A DNA stretch of 49,938 bases from Candidatus Poribacteria bacterium (GTDB taxonomy: Bacteria; Poribacteria; WGA-4E; UBA9662): NCBI GenBank assembly GCA_036339735.1, contig JAYZAL010000073.1, positions 1 through 49,938 of the forward strand, in the 5' to 3' direction. Under the pieces are notes generated by a model that saw nothing but the letters and a program-made list of their open reading frames with translations, had not been told where the DNA came from and did no database searches. Positions 40,403 through 49,938 of the stretch are shown one piece after another. Within the stretch, counting starts at the first letter, position 1, and the number at the start of each line of letters is the position of its first letter. The translations under genes were made by a program, and so were the position numbers.

Positions 40403-41521
40403 TTAGATTGGTTCTATTGCGGTTATTCTACAACAAACATCACCAAAACGGATAGAACTGCCAACGACGACTGGTGTGGGCTCTGAAATCTTGATTTCGT
40501 TAACATATGTACCATTTGTACTATCCAAGTCAGTCACATAAATTTGATTGCTGCGTAACTCAAACTGAGCATGTTGACGAGAAAGCGTTCGATTTGGATC
40601 AGGTACATGGATATGTGCCAGTTTCTCACTGCGTCCAAGAATTAGATGTCGTGCTTGAACGGTAAATATTTGCCCCGCCTGCTGCCCCTCAATTTCTTTA
40701 AAAGAAATCATTGAGGTTCCTGTTTCTTTCTCAATTTCAATGACCTCAAGGGATTGTGTTCCTACTGATACAACAGTACCTACACTAATCTGCGTTGGTT
40801 CGTGAATTGAGGTGCCATCTATCTGTGTCCCGGATTCACTATCAAGATCGGTCAAATACACTTGATCTTTTTCTATTGTCAATTGACAGTGAATGGACGA
40901 AATAGTCGCGTTTCTTAGTAATGATATCGTATTCTGTTTGTCGCTACCGAAGGTCACGTGCTTAATTTCAAGATTAAATTCTTTCGACAACTCACCTTCG
41001 ACATCAACTTCTAGTGTCAATTGCCAATCGCTCAAACTAACCGGAACCGAGAATTCTGAACCTAGAGGCAGAATTTCATTATCCAAGATAGCCAGACTAC
41101 TTACCGAATCCCCAGTAAGTACATGGGCCTCATCATAGGCCAATTCGCTTGCACTGCCCAACTGGTCAGGACTGTATGCAGCCTGTGGTATATAGCTTAC
41201 ATTAGGCGTTGACTGTTTTTGGTCTTTTCGGATCGACCTAAGCAGGTTATCTTTCATACGCGTCTGCACTTCTGAGGAGAGCATGTGGTTGGTTGATTCT
41301 ATCAAACTGATTGTATCAGCCAACTCTTCTCCCTTATAACATTGATAAGCAAGATCCACCAGTTCTTTCAAAAGTTGGCTACTATCCCTCTCTTGAAAGA
41401 ATCGTAAGAACCGCTGTTGCTTCCCTGACAATTTTTCACCGCGAACCCACCGTGTGTAAGACTCCAGCATTTCAGCTTGGTCGGCTTCGCTCTCCGACGG
41501 AAGTCGATTCCAAAATCCCAT
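40403..41521 (-). CDS. Soluble tandem FHA-domain protein with helical N-terminal domain
   Basis: Second FHA is canonical (LGR...SRQHA...DLDSTNGT). First is degenerate (FGS...SSIHC...DLDSESGT). Confidence 0.85.
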   Translation of the reverse strand: MGFWNRLPSESEADQAEMLESYTRWVRGEKLSGKQQRFLRFFQERDSSQLLKELVDLAYQCYKGEELADTISLIESTNHMLSSEVQTRMKDNLLRSIRKDQKQSTPNVSYIPQAAYSPDQLGSASELAYDEAHVLTGDSVSSLAILDNEILPLGSEFSVPVSLSDWQLTLEVDVEGELSKEFNLEIKHVTFGSDKQNTISLLRNATISSIHCQLTIEKDQVYLTDLDSESGTQIDGTSIHEPTQISVGTVVSVGTQSLEVIEIEKETGTSMISFKEIEGQQAGQIFTVQARHLILGRSEKLAHIHVPDPNRTLSRQHAQFELRSNQIYVTDLDSTNGTYVNEIKISEPTPVVVGSSIRFGDVCCRITAIEPI

Positions 41522-41538
41522 ATGTTAATCTCCTGATC

Positions 41539-42159
41539 TCAGCTTTCTAAATGAGAAAGTTGGCTAAATCCGTTGCGAACCATAATTTGACGTAGTTCCT
41601 GTGTACATCGAAATATCCAAATCTTCACAGTTCCCTCTTTCCTTTTGAGGATACCTGAAATTTCTGCAATGCTGCACCCTTCCAGGTGCCGCAAAACCCA
41701 AGCAGTCCGGTGGTTGGGCTTAGTTACTTGTTGTAATGCAAGAAGCAAGATGTCCTTTGACTCTTTTTCTTCGACGACTTTATCTGGGGTTGGAGCGCTG
41801 TCTCTGTAATGAGCCAGCGGGACTTCCGACTCCTCTTCCATCAATAATAGAGACTCACGGATCCTTTCTCTTTTACGAATTGCATCAATAATGGTATTCT
41901 TGGCCACAGTGTTCAGCCATGCTTGAAAACTACCCTGTTTGGGGTCCCACTTATCAATTTTTTGCCAGACCTTCATGAAAACATCCATCGTAACTTCTTC
42001 AGTATCTCGATGATTGTGTAACGTTCGGTAGGTTTTACTATAAACCCAACCCGAATGCTTGTCCATGAGACGGCAAAATGCCTGCTCATCACCCAACTTG
42101 AGCTGGTTGGCTAAATGAGTATCTTCCTGAGCAGATGCCTCTTTGGCAAGTCGGGACAA
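41539..42159 (-). CDS. ECF RNA polymerase sigma factor
   Basis: GDEQAF, DTEEVTMDVFMKVW, FQAWL..VAKN..ID.IR, region 4 SIAEIS.IL...EGTVK; TTG after AAGGAG. Confidence 0.92.
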   Translation of the reverse strand: MSRLAKEASAQEDTHLANQLKLGDEQAFCRLMDKHSGWVYSKTYRTLHNHRDTEEVTMDVFMKVWQKIDKWDPKQGSFQAWLNTVAKNTIIDAIRKRERIRESLLLMEEESEVPLAHYRDSAPTPDKVVEEKESKDILLLALQQVTKPNHRTAWVLRHLEGCSIAEISGILKRKEGTVKIWIFRCTQELRQIMVRNGFSQLSHLES

Positions 42160-42324
42160 TTTTTCTCCTTTATTGGAAGGCGTTAGTTGAACACACTCAG
42201 CTCATCCAGATTAAGTTTCCAGCATAATCTGATATGCGCAACACGTCGCCCCCATAAGTACGCTTAAATCAAGACGAAGTTTCATATAAAATCACGAAAA
42301 ATTACTTATACAAATCTTTTTTCG

Positions 42325-42353
42325 AATATATCACCTAACCCCTATCCTGTCAA
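42325..42353 (-). promoter_or_regulatory. sigma70-type promoter upstream of the ECF sigma operon
   Basis: Minus strand TTGACA-N17-TATATT with extended TG. Confidence 0.5.
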
Positions 42354-42407
42354 GGCCACCTATTTTGGAAAATATAGGAATCTGTACCTGTTTTTAAGGT
42401 AAGAAAT

Positions 42408-42436
42408 TTGACACAAACCGCCACCTAGGCTAGAAT
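42408..42436 (+). promoter_or_regulatory. sigma70-type promoter for glutamate dehydrogenase
   Basis: TTGACA-N17-TAGAAT. It overlaps the 42435 ATG of the ORF track, supporting the downstream start. Confidence 0.7.
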
Positions 42437-42506
42437 GGACCTTCTTCTTAACAAGATTTATTTTTCAAACAAATATTTATTCCAAATTACCAGACGAGTA
42501 AGAAAA

Positions 42507-43754
42507 ATGCACAAACACTCACCCACTGAAAATGTAGGACACTTTTTTAATCAAGCTGCTGAAAAATTGGGTTTGTCAGATGAAATGCGTAGAACCTTGA
42601 TAAATCCCTACCGAGAAATAACAGTAGAAATACCTCTACGTCGCAATGATGGGGAACTCGATTTATACACCGGTTATCGAGTACAGCATAATAATTTCCG
42701 AGGTCCTTTTAAGGGTGGTATTCGTTATCACGATACTGCTGATTTGGATGATGTAAGGGCTTTAGCATCATTAATGACTTGGAAAACAGCACTAACCAAT
42801 TTACCACTGGGTGGAGCAAAAGGTGGTGTGACGTGCAATCCAAGAAATTTAGAAACCAATGAACTTGAACGTCTAACCCGAACTTTCACCGATAAAATTG
42901 CGTTAGTGATTGGCCCACGTCAAGACATTCCTGCGCCGGACATGGGGACCGACAGCCAGACGATGGCTTGGTTAATGGACGAGTACAGTAAAATTCATGG
43001 GCATACGCCGGAAACGGTTACAGGCAAGCCTATTGGTTTAAATGGATCTTTCGGCCGAACAGAAGCCACAGGGCATGGTACCGCACTAGTGATTCAGCAA
43101 GCTATTAAAGATTTTAATATAGTTCCGATAGAAGACGCCAGAGTAGCAATTCAAGGATTTGGTAATGTAGGTTTGCACACAGCCCGATTTCTTGATGAAA
43201 TGGGTGCTAAAATCGTTGCCATCAGCGATTATGCCGGCGGAATTTATAATCCAAACGGTTTGCCCATTGATCTCTTAGCCGATTACCCCAGTCAAGGCCG
43301 GCTAGTGCAAGAATTTGGATCGGCAGATACAATTAGCAATGATGAATTGCTGGAGCTTTCTTGCGATATTCTAGTTCCAGCTGCTGTCGGGGGAGTTATT
43401 ACCGAACAAAATGCCGATAAGATTAAAGCTGGGTCTATATTTGAAGCTGCTAATGGACCAATCACTAGATCAGGAGAAAATATATTAGAGGACAAAGGGA
43501 AAATAATCTTTCCTGATATCTTAGTCAATGCTGGCGGTGTGATTGTGTCCTATTTTGAATGGGTACAAAACATTCAAGAGTTTACATGGGAGCTAGAAGA
43601 GGTTAACGATAAACTCAAACGTATACTAATTAATTCATACCAACAGGTTTGCCAATTGGCTGAGAAGGAGAAAGTATCTATGCGCACTGCTGCATTTATG
43701 GTTGGTGTAGAAAGAGTAGCTGAGGCAACCCGGCTGAGAGGTTATCTTAACTAA
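42507..43754 (+). CDS. gdhA: Glutamate dehydrogenase (Glu/Leu/Phe/Val family)
   Basis: GYRVQHN, GPFKGGIRY, MTWKT, GGAKGG, DIPAPD, QGFGNVG, EAANGP, NAGGVIVSYFEWVQN. Confidence 0.93.
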   Translation: MHKHSPTENVGHFFNQAAEKLGLSDEMRRTLINPYREITVEIPLRRNDGELDLYTGYRVQHNNFRGPFKGGIRYHDTADLDDVRALASLMTWKTALTNLPLGGAKGGVTCNPRNLETNELERLTRTFTDKIALVIGPRQDIPAPDMGTDSQTMAWLMDEYSKIHGHTPETVTGKPIGLNGSFGRTEATGHGTALVIQQAIKDFNIVPIEDARVAIQGFGNVGLHTARFLDEMGAKIVAISDYAGGIYNPNGLPIDLLADYPSQGRLVQEFGSADTISNDELLELSCDILVPAAVGGVITEQNADKIKAGSIFEAANGPITRSGENILEDKGKIIFPDILVNAGGVIVSYFEWVQNIQEFTWELEEVNDKLKRILINSYQQVCQLAEKEKVSMRTAAFMVGVERVAEATRLRGYLN

Positions 43755-44728
43755 AAACCAAGACTGAGGCTAACACTGTTTTCAAGCTCTTCACCGGCCA
43801 AAAATTTTGGGAAATTTCGACAAAAAAGTTCAATTGTTAAACGGGGTCGATTTTGAGACAAACCAGCATTATGCGGTGATATAACGACTTGCTCCATTCC
43901 CCAAAGCGGGCTATCAATTGGCAGGGGCTCCGTTTCGAATACGTCCAGTCCTGCGCCAGCAATTTGCTTGTTTTCTAAAGCCGAAATTAGGGCGGACTCG
44001 TCTACGTTCAGGCCACGAGTAACATTGATCAGATAAGCTGATGGTTTCATTAATGCTAACATTTCATCATTAATTATGTGATGTGTCTGTTTTGTGTAAG
44101 GGCAAGCTAACATTACCACATCCGATTTTTTCATTAATTCATCTAGCTGGTTATTCGATAGTAGCTCGTCAACAGAGTCGGGTTTTTGAGTACAGTAAGG
44201 GTCGATAGCAATCACATCCATATCAAAACCTTTACCCCGTTTGGCCATCTCCAGACCGAAACCACCCATTCCAATAATGCCAAGGGTCATTCCTCCAATT
44301 TCGATTGCTGGCAATCTGGCCCAATTCGAAATCAGCAACTCTTTGTTCTGATTCATTAAACCACGAGTCAGGTACAAAAGTAGTGCAAAAGCATGTTCGG
44401 CTGCTTGTGGTGCGTAAACACCTCTAGCATTGGTGAAAGAAATTTTTTCACCATATTTCTGCTGGCGCTTATCTAATTCTTCTATTACTTCTGGCATAAT
44501 ACCAGCACTGATAGACTGAAACCACTTAGTATTAGGTAAATAGGCAATCCATTGCATAGAAGTATAACCAAGGAAAATGTCAGCCTTGAGGCCAATTTTT
44601 TCAAACTCTTGCCCATTATCAGGGAAGTGAACGTCATGCCCTGAGGTGACATTCAAAATTAGCTGACGACAGTATTCATCTAATGGGTTATAAGTCGGTT
44701 CATGGGGATGAAAAACAACAATCTGCAT
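43751..44728 (-). CDS. D-2-hydroxyacid dehydrogenase family protein
   Basis: TNARG, AEH, GMGGFG, LINVTRG, GAGLDVFETEPL, SPHNAG. Confidence 0.92.
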   Translation of the reverse strand: MQIVVFHPHEPTYNPLDEYCRQLILNVTSGHDVHFPDNGQEFEKIGLKADIFLGYTSMQWIAYLPNTKWFQSISAGIMPEVIEELDKRQQKYGEKISFTNARGVYAPQAAEHAFALLLYLTRGLMNQNKELLISNWARLPAIEIGGMTLGIIGMGGFGLEMAKRGKGFDMDVIAIDPYCTQKPDSVDELLSNNQLDELMKKSDVVMLACPYTKQTHHIINDEMLALMKPSAYLINVTRGLNVDESALISALENKQIAGAGLDVFETEPLPIDSPLWGMEQVVISPHNAGLSQNRPRLTIELFCRNFPKFLAGEELENSVSLSLGF

Positions 44729-44744
44729 TCTCAGTTCCTCACAT

Positions 44745-45644
44745 TTATGTTCGCCAGGGTGGGTGCTCAGGTAAGAAGACTTCGTATTTTTGAATTAGTT
44801 CTCGTTGGTAATCACCCGCAAAATCGCCACTGAAAAATTTATCAATTCCTTCATCCAAGAAACATTGCCATGAAAGTTCTTCTTCTCCCGGATTAATAGG
44901 AAAGAATAGAGCATCAACGCTCTGTGCAGCTTTCAAATCTCCTGGAGAATCGCCGACCATCAAAATTCGCTCAGCTGGATAACGATCATTGGTTGCAATC
45001 GTCAAGTGTTCCGTTTTTGATCCCATCTCTTGTCCTGCGATAAGAGCTACATAGTCTGTAATTTCATGTTCATCCCACTCGCGTTTTAGAGCTTCGTAAG
45101 GTGTGGCCGAAACCACTAAGACATCTGCTTTGCCACGTAATTTCTGCAAGCTGTCTCGAACCCCCGGAAAGGGCGGAAGATTGTGAACTACTTGCTCTAT
45201 CATATCATTGACTCCTAGACTCCAAGCCATTACCTGTTCTAATTCTTTTTTTTCGGCTCCGAGTGAAGAATCAATCTTGGCGGCTAAAGCTGGGTTTCCC
45301 AATGAGGTTTCATTTTCAATCCAATCTCTTAAATAAGAAAAATTGGGAACTACAATACCTGATGACTGCACTTTGGGTAGCTCTTTTAGAAAATCGCATA
45401 CGAGTACAATAGATTTGAACCGATTGATTCCTCGCGTTTTAGAGTAAAGATTGACGAAATCCCAAACTTGATGAACCTGACGAGATATGCCAGCAAGTCC
45501 AAAGTGTTTAATCAGACTAACACTGAAACCATCGTTATGTTTAACCTCCATAGAGTTAAAAGCACAACCATCGGAATCAATGCCAACGAAGAAATCATGT
45601 TTGGGCCTAAAAGCCTTGAGTTCTAATTGATGATCTTTGTTCAT
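44745..45644 (-). CDS. HAD-family hydrolase
   Basis: Motif I GIDSDG, motif II VVSAT, Lys in GSK, motif IV MVGDSPGD. Confidence 0.85.
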   Translation of the reverse strand: MNKDHQLELKAFRPKHDFFVGIDSDGCAFNSMEVKHNDGFSVSLIKHFGLAGISRQVHQVWDFVNLYSKTRGINRFKSIVLVCDFLKELPKVQSSGIVVPNFSYLRDWIENETSLGNPALAAKIDSSLGAEKKELEQVMAWSLGVNDMIEQVVHNLPPFPGVRDSLQKLRGKADVLVVSATPYEALKREWDEHEITDYVALIAGQEMGSKTEHLTIATNDRYPAERILMVGDSPGDLKAAQSVDALFFPINPGEEELSWQCFLDEGIDKFFSGDFAGDYQRELIQKYEVFLPEHPPWRT

Positions 45645-45798
45645 AGGATTCCCTAATTTTTAAATTTGACACTCAAAATCACAAACGTCGGCCACCTCGG
45701 TTGAGGCTCAAGGTGGGAATTATATCATTTGCGAATTCCAACCCTCAAGTCTGTAAGCTGTGAAAACGTTTTTAATCCACCGGTTTTTGGTGTTCGTG

Positions 45799-45825
45799 CT
45801 ATTTCCATGTTGGACATGGAAATAG
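45799..45825. repeat. Perfect 12-bp inverted repeat
   Basis: CTATTTCCATGT-TGG-ACATGGAAATAG. Confidence 0.85.
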
Positions 45826-46335
45826 TGAGTAGATAAAGAACCAAATAGATCACTTTTTTGGCCTCAAAATTGATCTTGGTAGCGTATACACATCATATAT
45901 GCTTGAGACTTTAAAAAATTTATTAGGCCGATTAGATTTGCTATCATGAACCGATGAGTAAGACTATAGCAAAATGACAAACCGACCGACTTTTGCAGGA
46001 TGTTTCAAGCACCCTGAACTGCCGTTTTATGTTCATCAACCCAAAACGGTTAACCGTGAATCAGGATCAAATTAAACATTTTTGAAAATGGATTGACTAG
46101 ACCGGATAAAATTCCAACAGACCTACCTTTAAAATCCTATCGGAATGTTGGGTTACTTTTTGTGAAGAGTTACTATCAATTAATATTAGTTTTTTATCTG
46201 ATAGTAAAAATACAAAAATGTTTAAGGAGGCATATGCTTGTTTCTGTTCCCACAGAAAATTTATTTTTGATGATTCTCGATAACATATTGTTGCAGGCTA
46301 TAAACAAAATAATTTGAGACAAACAAAATTCTTTC

Positions 46336-47490
46336 TCATTGATCATCTCCAGGCAATTCTAGCCATCCATGCCCATTCCTAATAGATTCAATAGCAAGTT
46401 GATAACGCCAACCATCACGAAAGGTTAGATAAGGCTGATGGTCTTGACCTTTGATGTCAGCCAAAAAATCTCTTGCCAATGCACACCATCGATTTTGAAC
46501 GAAATCACCAATTTGAGGTAACTGATCTTTTAACCTTTGTGGAACTTTCAATTCCCTAGCTTCCTCAGAATTGTTGTTATACAATAATATTTTGTTTAGG
46601 TAAAATGTCCCTTCTGTTGCCAATGTGCCTTTATCTCCATAAAGTCTAATTCCGTTAATACCAGTCGATACTGGTTGTCCTACCCCAAATAAAATTGTAG
46701 CGGAAACATCCACATGGTTGACCCTAAACTGAAAAAGAGCAGAAAAAACATTATCGGCATCTACAGGTCGCCATTCCAGATGAGCTGCATCTTCACGAGT
46801 CAGCTCACCACCTTTTTTTAGCCAGTCGCGATAGTCATGCAGATCTGGAATAACTGGGGCTTTATTTGTCAGGACCCTAGCTTCTCCCATTGATCGTAGT
46901 AACCTACCATCAGTTATAGCTTGTAAAATGCCCAGCATGTGTGGTAGTCCATTATTCAAGGCCCCACCACCGGCGTCTAATGTCTGCATCCACGACCATG
47001 GCATAACTGATGATGGAGATCTACGCCCTCTAGTGGTGACAACAATATCTCGCAATGTACCAATAGTATCTTTCATTAGTAATTCATTTAGCCAAGTTAC
47101 ACCTGAGTCGTATCGATGTGTGGCTGCATATGCATGCTTAACGTTAGCTGATTTGGCAAGTTGATAGATGCGACCAGCCTCATCGGCAGTAGTTGCAAGA
47201 GGTTTGTCACAATAAATATGGCAACCTAAATCTGTCGCTACCTCAATTACTGGTTCTCGTAAAGCAGCTGGCGTAGCAATTGCAACTATATTTGGCTTAA
47301 CCCTTTCAAGCGTCTCGCGCCAATTCACAGAGGCCTCAGCCACATTCAATCGTTTAGCAACTTCGTGTACAACGTCTAATTTCCTAGCACAGATAGCCTG
47401 TACCTCTACCCCAGCAAACTCTAAGGCCTTGGTATGTCCTTCACCCGCCCATCCTGCTCCTATGGTGACAGCTGTTAGTTTACTACTCAT
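46336..47490 (-). CDS. Gfo/Idh/MocA family oxidoreductase
   Basis: IGAGWAG, IATP, HIYCDKPLA, GGGAL...PH. Confidence 0.9.
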   Translation of the reverse strand: MSSKLTAVTIGAGWAGEGHTKALEFAGVEVQAICARKLDVVHEVAKRLNVAEASVNWRETLERVKPNIVAIATPAALREPVIEVATDLGCHIYCDKPLATTADEAGRIYQLAKSANVKHAYAATHRYDSGVTWLNELLMKDTIGTLRDIVVTTRGRRSPSSVMPWSWMQTLDAGGGALNNGLPHMLGILQAITDGRLLRSMGEARVLTNKAPVIPDLHDYRDWLKKGGELTREDAAHLEWRPVDADNVFSALFQFRVNHVDVSATILFGVGQPVSTGINGIRLYGDKGTLATEGTFYLNKILLYNNNSEEARELKVPQRLKDQLPQIGDFVQNRWCALARDFLADIKGQDHQPYLTFRDGWRYQLAIESIRNGHGWLELPGDDQ

Positions 47491-47561
47491 ATAGATGTTG
47501 TATCTCCAGATAAAGTTACGGCCAAAACCATATCTTGTAGTTTCACCTTTAAAGAGGTGCG

Positions 47562-47590
47562 ATTATACAGATTCCACCAATTTTTGTCAA
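47562..47590 (-). promoter_or_regulatory. Perfect-consensus sigma70 promoter for the Gfo/Idh/MocA gene
   Basis: Minus strand TTGACA-N17-TATAAT. Confidence 0.8.
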
Positions 47591-47610
47591 TTAGCCAATA
47601 TCCTTGTTGG

Positions 47611-47639
47611 TTGACCAATTTGGTTAGTTTTCTTATAAT
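47611..47639 (+). promoter_or_regulatory. sigma70 promoter toward the sulfatase gene
   Basis: TTGACC-N17-TATAAT, back to back with the minus-strand promoter. Confidence 0.7.
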
Positions 47640-47828
47640 GGTTAGGATGTTCCATAATTGGGTGCAATTTTACGAATGTAAGTTAGTCTGATCTTTTTTT
47701 AATTAATAAAAAATTGAAGATTAAAATGCTTTTTGAACGTCCGGTTTTAGTGTTCTATACCAATTTGCAGTTTGTAAGAAAAAGATCTAAGTTGAAATAT
47801 TGATCAAAAAAAATACAAAGATAAATGA

Positions 47829-49202
47829 ATGAAAAAGAAACCAAATATCTTATTTTTAATGAGCGACGAACACAGAGCTGATGTAACCGGATATGAAGGT
47901 GACTCAGTTGTTCGAACTCCTACTCTCGATTGGCTAGCACAAACTGGTACCGTATTCCGTAATGCTTACACACCTTCACCAGTTTGTGTGCCTGGTCGAC
48001 AATGTATGATGTCGGGCCAACTTCCTAAGACAGTGGGTTGTGAAGGGTGGGTTGATTTACCTGCTAACCATATGACATTCTCTCGTCATTTATCCCGTTT
48101 CGCCTATGAGACAGTAGCCTGTGGGAAACTTCACCATCAAGGCCAAGACCAAATGCAAGGTTGGACGCAACGACCAGCTGGGGATATCCACGTTAGTAGC
48201 AATCAAATAGCAGACAGGTCTGAGTCTGATTTTGAACAATATTCGCGTTCTTTTTCTAGTTTTAAATGGTCTGATAGTAAAGAGATCAAGCGTGCTGGGG
48301 TCGGTCTATCACCTTGTGTAACTCGAGACCAAATCTGGACTGACAGTGCTTTACATTTTATTGACGATTATTTTAACAGCGCATACTATGACCGTGAACA
48401 AGGTCAAAAACCATTGCTCTTAAAACTCAGCCTTCTACAACCACATTATCCTTACCAGACGGATCATGAAAAATTTACTTATTATCTCAATCGAGTTCAT
48501 CCCTATTTAAACCAGAATGTATTTGAACATCCATTTCTGAGACAACGATGTGTTATTCCCGGAAAGGATGTTTCTGAGCGAGAGCTGAGACGGGCAGTCG
48601 CAGCCTACTACGGTATGGTGGAAACTATCGACGATCATTATCAATCAGTTCTATCAGCTTTAGAGCATGTTGGACAAAATCTGGATGAGTGGATTATCAT
48701 ATATACATCTGATCACGGAGAGATGTTGGGACAACATGGTATTTGGGAGAAGCAGAAATTTTTCGAAGCAAGTGCTCGAGTTCCACTTATCATTCGTTTC
48801 CCTCAACATTTTGAGCCAATAACAGTTAGAGAGAACGTTAATTTATGTGATTTGTTCGCCACTCTGTGTGACTTAGTAGATATACCTTGTCCAAGTGGTT
48901 TAGATAGTCGCTCCTTAGTATCATTGATGACTGGTCAAAATGATGATTGGTCAAACGAAACTGTCTCTCAATTTGGTTCTACCAATTTGATGATTAAGCA
49001 GGATCATCTTAAATATCAATACTATGGTCGTAATGGACCAGAAGTTCTCTTTAATCTCAAAATTGATCCTAGTGAGACGAAAAATTTCATCGACCATCCA
49101 GATTATACTGACGCAGTACAACAATTTCGGCAAAGATTAAGTCAGCTGGGACATGGCCCAGACGCTGACGCCGCATATATTAATGCTGGCTATAGTTTAT
49201 AA
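47829..49202 (+). CDS. Formylglycine-dependent sulfatase (choline-sulfatase-like, cytoplasmic)
   Basis: PNILFLMSDEH, CVPGR (CxPxR), GKLH, PHYP, SDHGEMLG, EK; no signal peptide. Confidence 0.92.
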   Translation: MKKKPNILFLMSDEHRADVTGYEGDSVVRTPTLDWLAQTGTVFRNAYTPSPVCVPGRQCMMSGQLPKTVGCEGWVDLPANHMTFSRHLSRFAYETVACGKLHHQGQDQMQGWTQRPAGDIHVSSNQIADRSESDFEQYSRSFSSFKWSDSKEIKRAGVGLSPCVTRDQIWTDSALHFIDDYFNSAYYDREQGQKPLLLKLSLLQPHYPYQTDHEKFTYYLNRVHPYLNQNVFEHPFLRQRCVIPGKDVSERELRRAVAAYYGMVETIDDHYQSVLSALEHVGQNLDEWIIIYTSDHGEMLGQHGIWEKQKFFEASARVPLIIRFPQHFEPITVRENVNLCDLFATLCDLVDIPCPSGLDSRSLVSLMTGQNDDWSNETVSQFGSTNLMIKQDHLKYQYYGRNGPEVLFNLKIDPSETKNFIDHPDYTDAVQQFRQRLSQLGHGPDADAAYINAGYSL

Positions 49203-49231
49203 TTAGTTAAATCATGTTATACAATAGATTG

Positions 49232-49938
49232 ATGACGAAACTTTGTCTTCTGGTTTGTTGCCTGATGTGTATCCCGATGTGGTGCCTGTCAAATCCACTA
49301 GCCGAAAAAATGCTAGCTGATTATCCTGATCGAGTTACAAAAGATGGTGATTTAATCGTATTACCATCTCATGGTACTGCTTACTTGGGTACTGATTTTC
49401 ATGGGAAGTTGGATTTTTTCGATCAGTGGATTAAACGTACGAATCTTATTGATCAAATCGCTGCTGGTCAAGATGTATACGGTCTAATTCTCGGTGATGC
49501 AATTGACCATAAACTGACAGAAAAAATACCGGATCCCGAATCAGACTCTAAACTAGTAAGTCGAGTTATGGAATTGAAAAAAGAACTTGGTCCGAGCGGG
49601 GATCGGTTGATCTACTTAAAGGGTAATCATGAAATGGCGGCTACCGAAATTTATGCTATGTTAAAAGAAAACGGCATGAATAGAGAGAATCGTGAGGAAA
49701 TGATTGCTTCTCTCTATCGTAGCCCCCAAGGCAGTTACTTCAAACAATTTAACTTTATCGAGAGAATGAGTGATGAACAATATAACTTCTTGAGAAAGTT
49801 ACCTGTTATTGCTATAGGAAAGAATGGTCTTGTAGCTGTCCATGCGGGAACTTCATTCGCTACAACTCAATTAGCAGATTTGATACAACCAACGGAAAAG
49901 ATTTTGACTCAACTTTTATGGGGGCGTCCAGATGTTGC
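49232..49938 (+). CDS. Calcineurin-like metallophosphoesterase with signal peptide (3' truncated by window)
   Basis: Not in the ORF track. Reads MTKLCLLVCCLMCIPMWCLS... with TDFHG, GDAID, GNHE and VHAG, open to the window end. Alternative in-frame ATG at 49214. Confidence 0.8.
   Translation, partial: MTKLCLLVCCLMCIPMWCLSNPLAEKMLADYPDRVTKDGDLIVLPSHGTAYLGTDFHGKLDFFDQWIKRTNLIDQIAAGQDVYGLILGDAIDHKLTEKIPDPESDSKLVSRVMELKKELGPSGDRLIYLKGNHEMAATEIYAMLKENGMNRENREEMIASLYRSPQGSYFKQFNFIERMSDEQYNFLRKLPVIAIGKNGLVAVHAGTSFATTQLADLIQPTEKILTQLLWGRPDV

Noticed and set aside
46093-46317. 74-aa plus-strand ORF
   Set aside because: AT-rich, low-information sequence with a TTG start and no recognisable family features.
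1080-49133. Numerous 60-133 aa ORFs antisense to or nested in confident genes (e.g. 9751-10128, 31395-31607, 38979-39380)
   Set aside because: Shadow ORFs of well-supported coding regions.
1-49938. CRISPR arrays, tRNA/rRNA genes, IS elements, prophage
   Set aside because: No regularly spaced repeats, cloverleaf/T-loop signatures, transposase, integrase or phage genes were seen by eye.

Overview
A gene-dense, moderately AT-rich bacterial chromosome segment. I found no rRNA, tRNA, CRISPR array, transposase or integrase. The mix of UBact, PhyH dioxygenases, enolase-superfamily dehydratases, a sulfatase, a Gfo/Idh/MocA oxidoreductase and BamB-like propellers suggests Candidatus Poribacteria or a PVC-like lineage (inference only). 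Main blocks: (1) a complete UBact-proteasome locus, arc-dop-ubact-prcB-prcA-pafA (28060-34800), whose ATPase has no C-terminal HbYX motif; (2) three secreted PQQ/BamB-like beta-propeller genes followed by an EhpF/GriC-like adenylating enzyme and, past a 2.3 kb decayed insert holding a triply frameshifted PhyH pseudogene, an EhpG/GriD-like ALDH-fold gene, together a candidate orphan carboxylate-reductase system; (3) an ECF sigma, a soluble tandem-FHA protein, a TPR-gluzincin, cvpA and recG in one apparent operon; (4) a biotin synthase with non-canonical auxiliary Fe-S ligands, an ArsC-cupin fusion, ureBC without ureA, and assorted catabolic enzymes. Several near-consensus sigma70 promoters and a recurring palindromic operator-like motif are visible. 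All family calls come from recognising motifs by eye, not from database searches.
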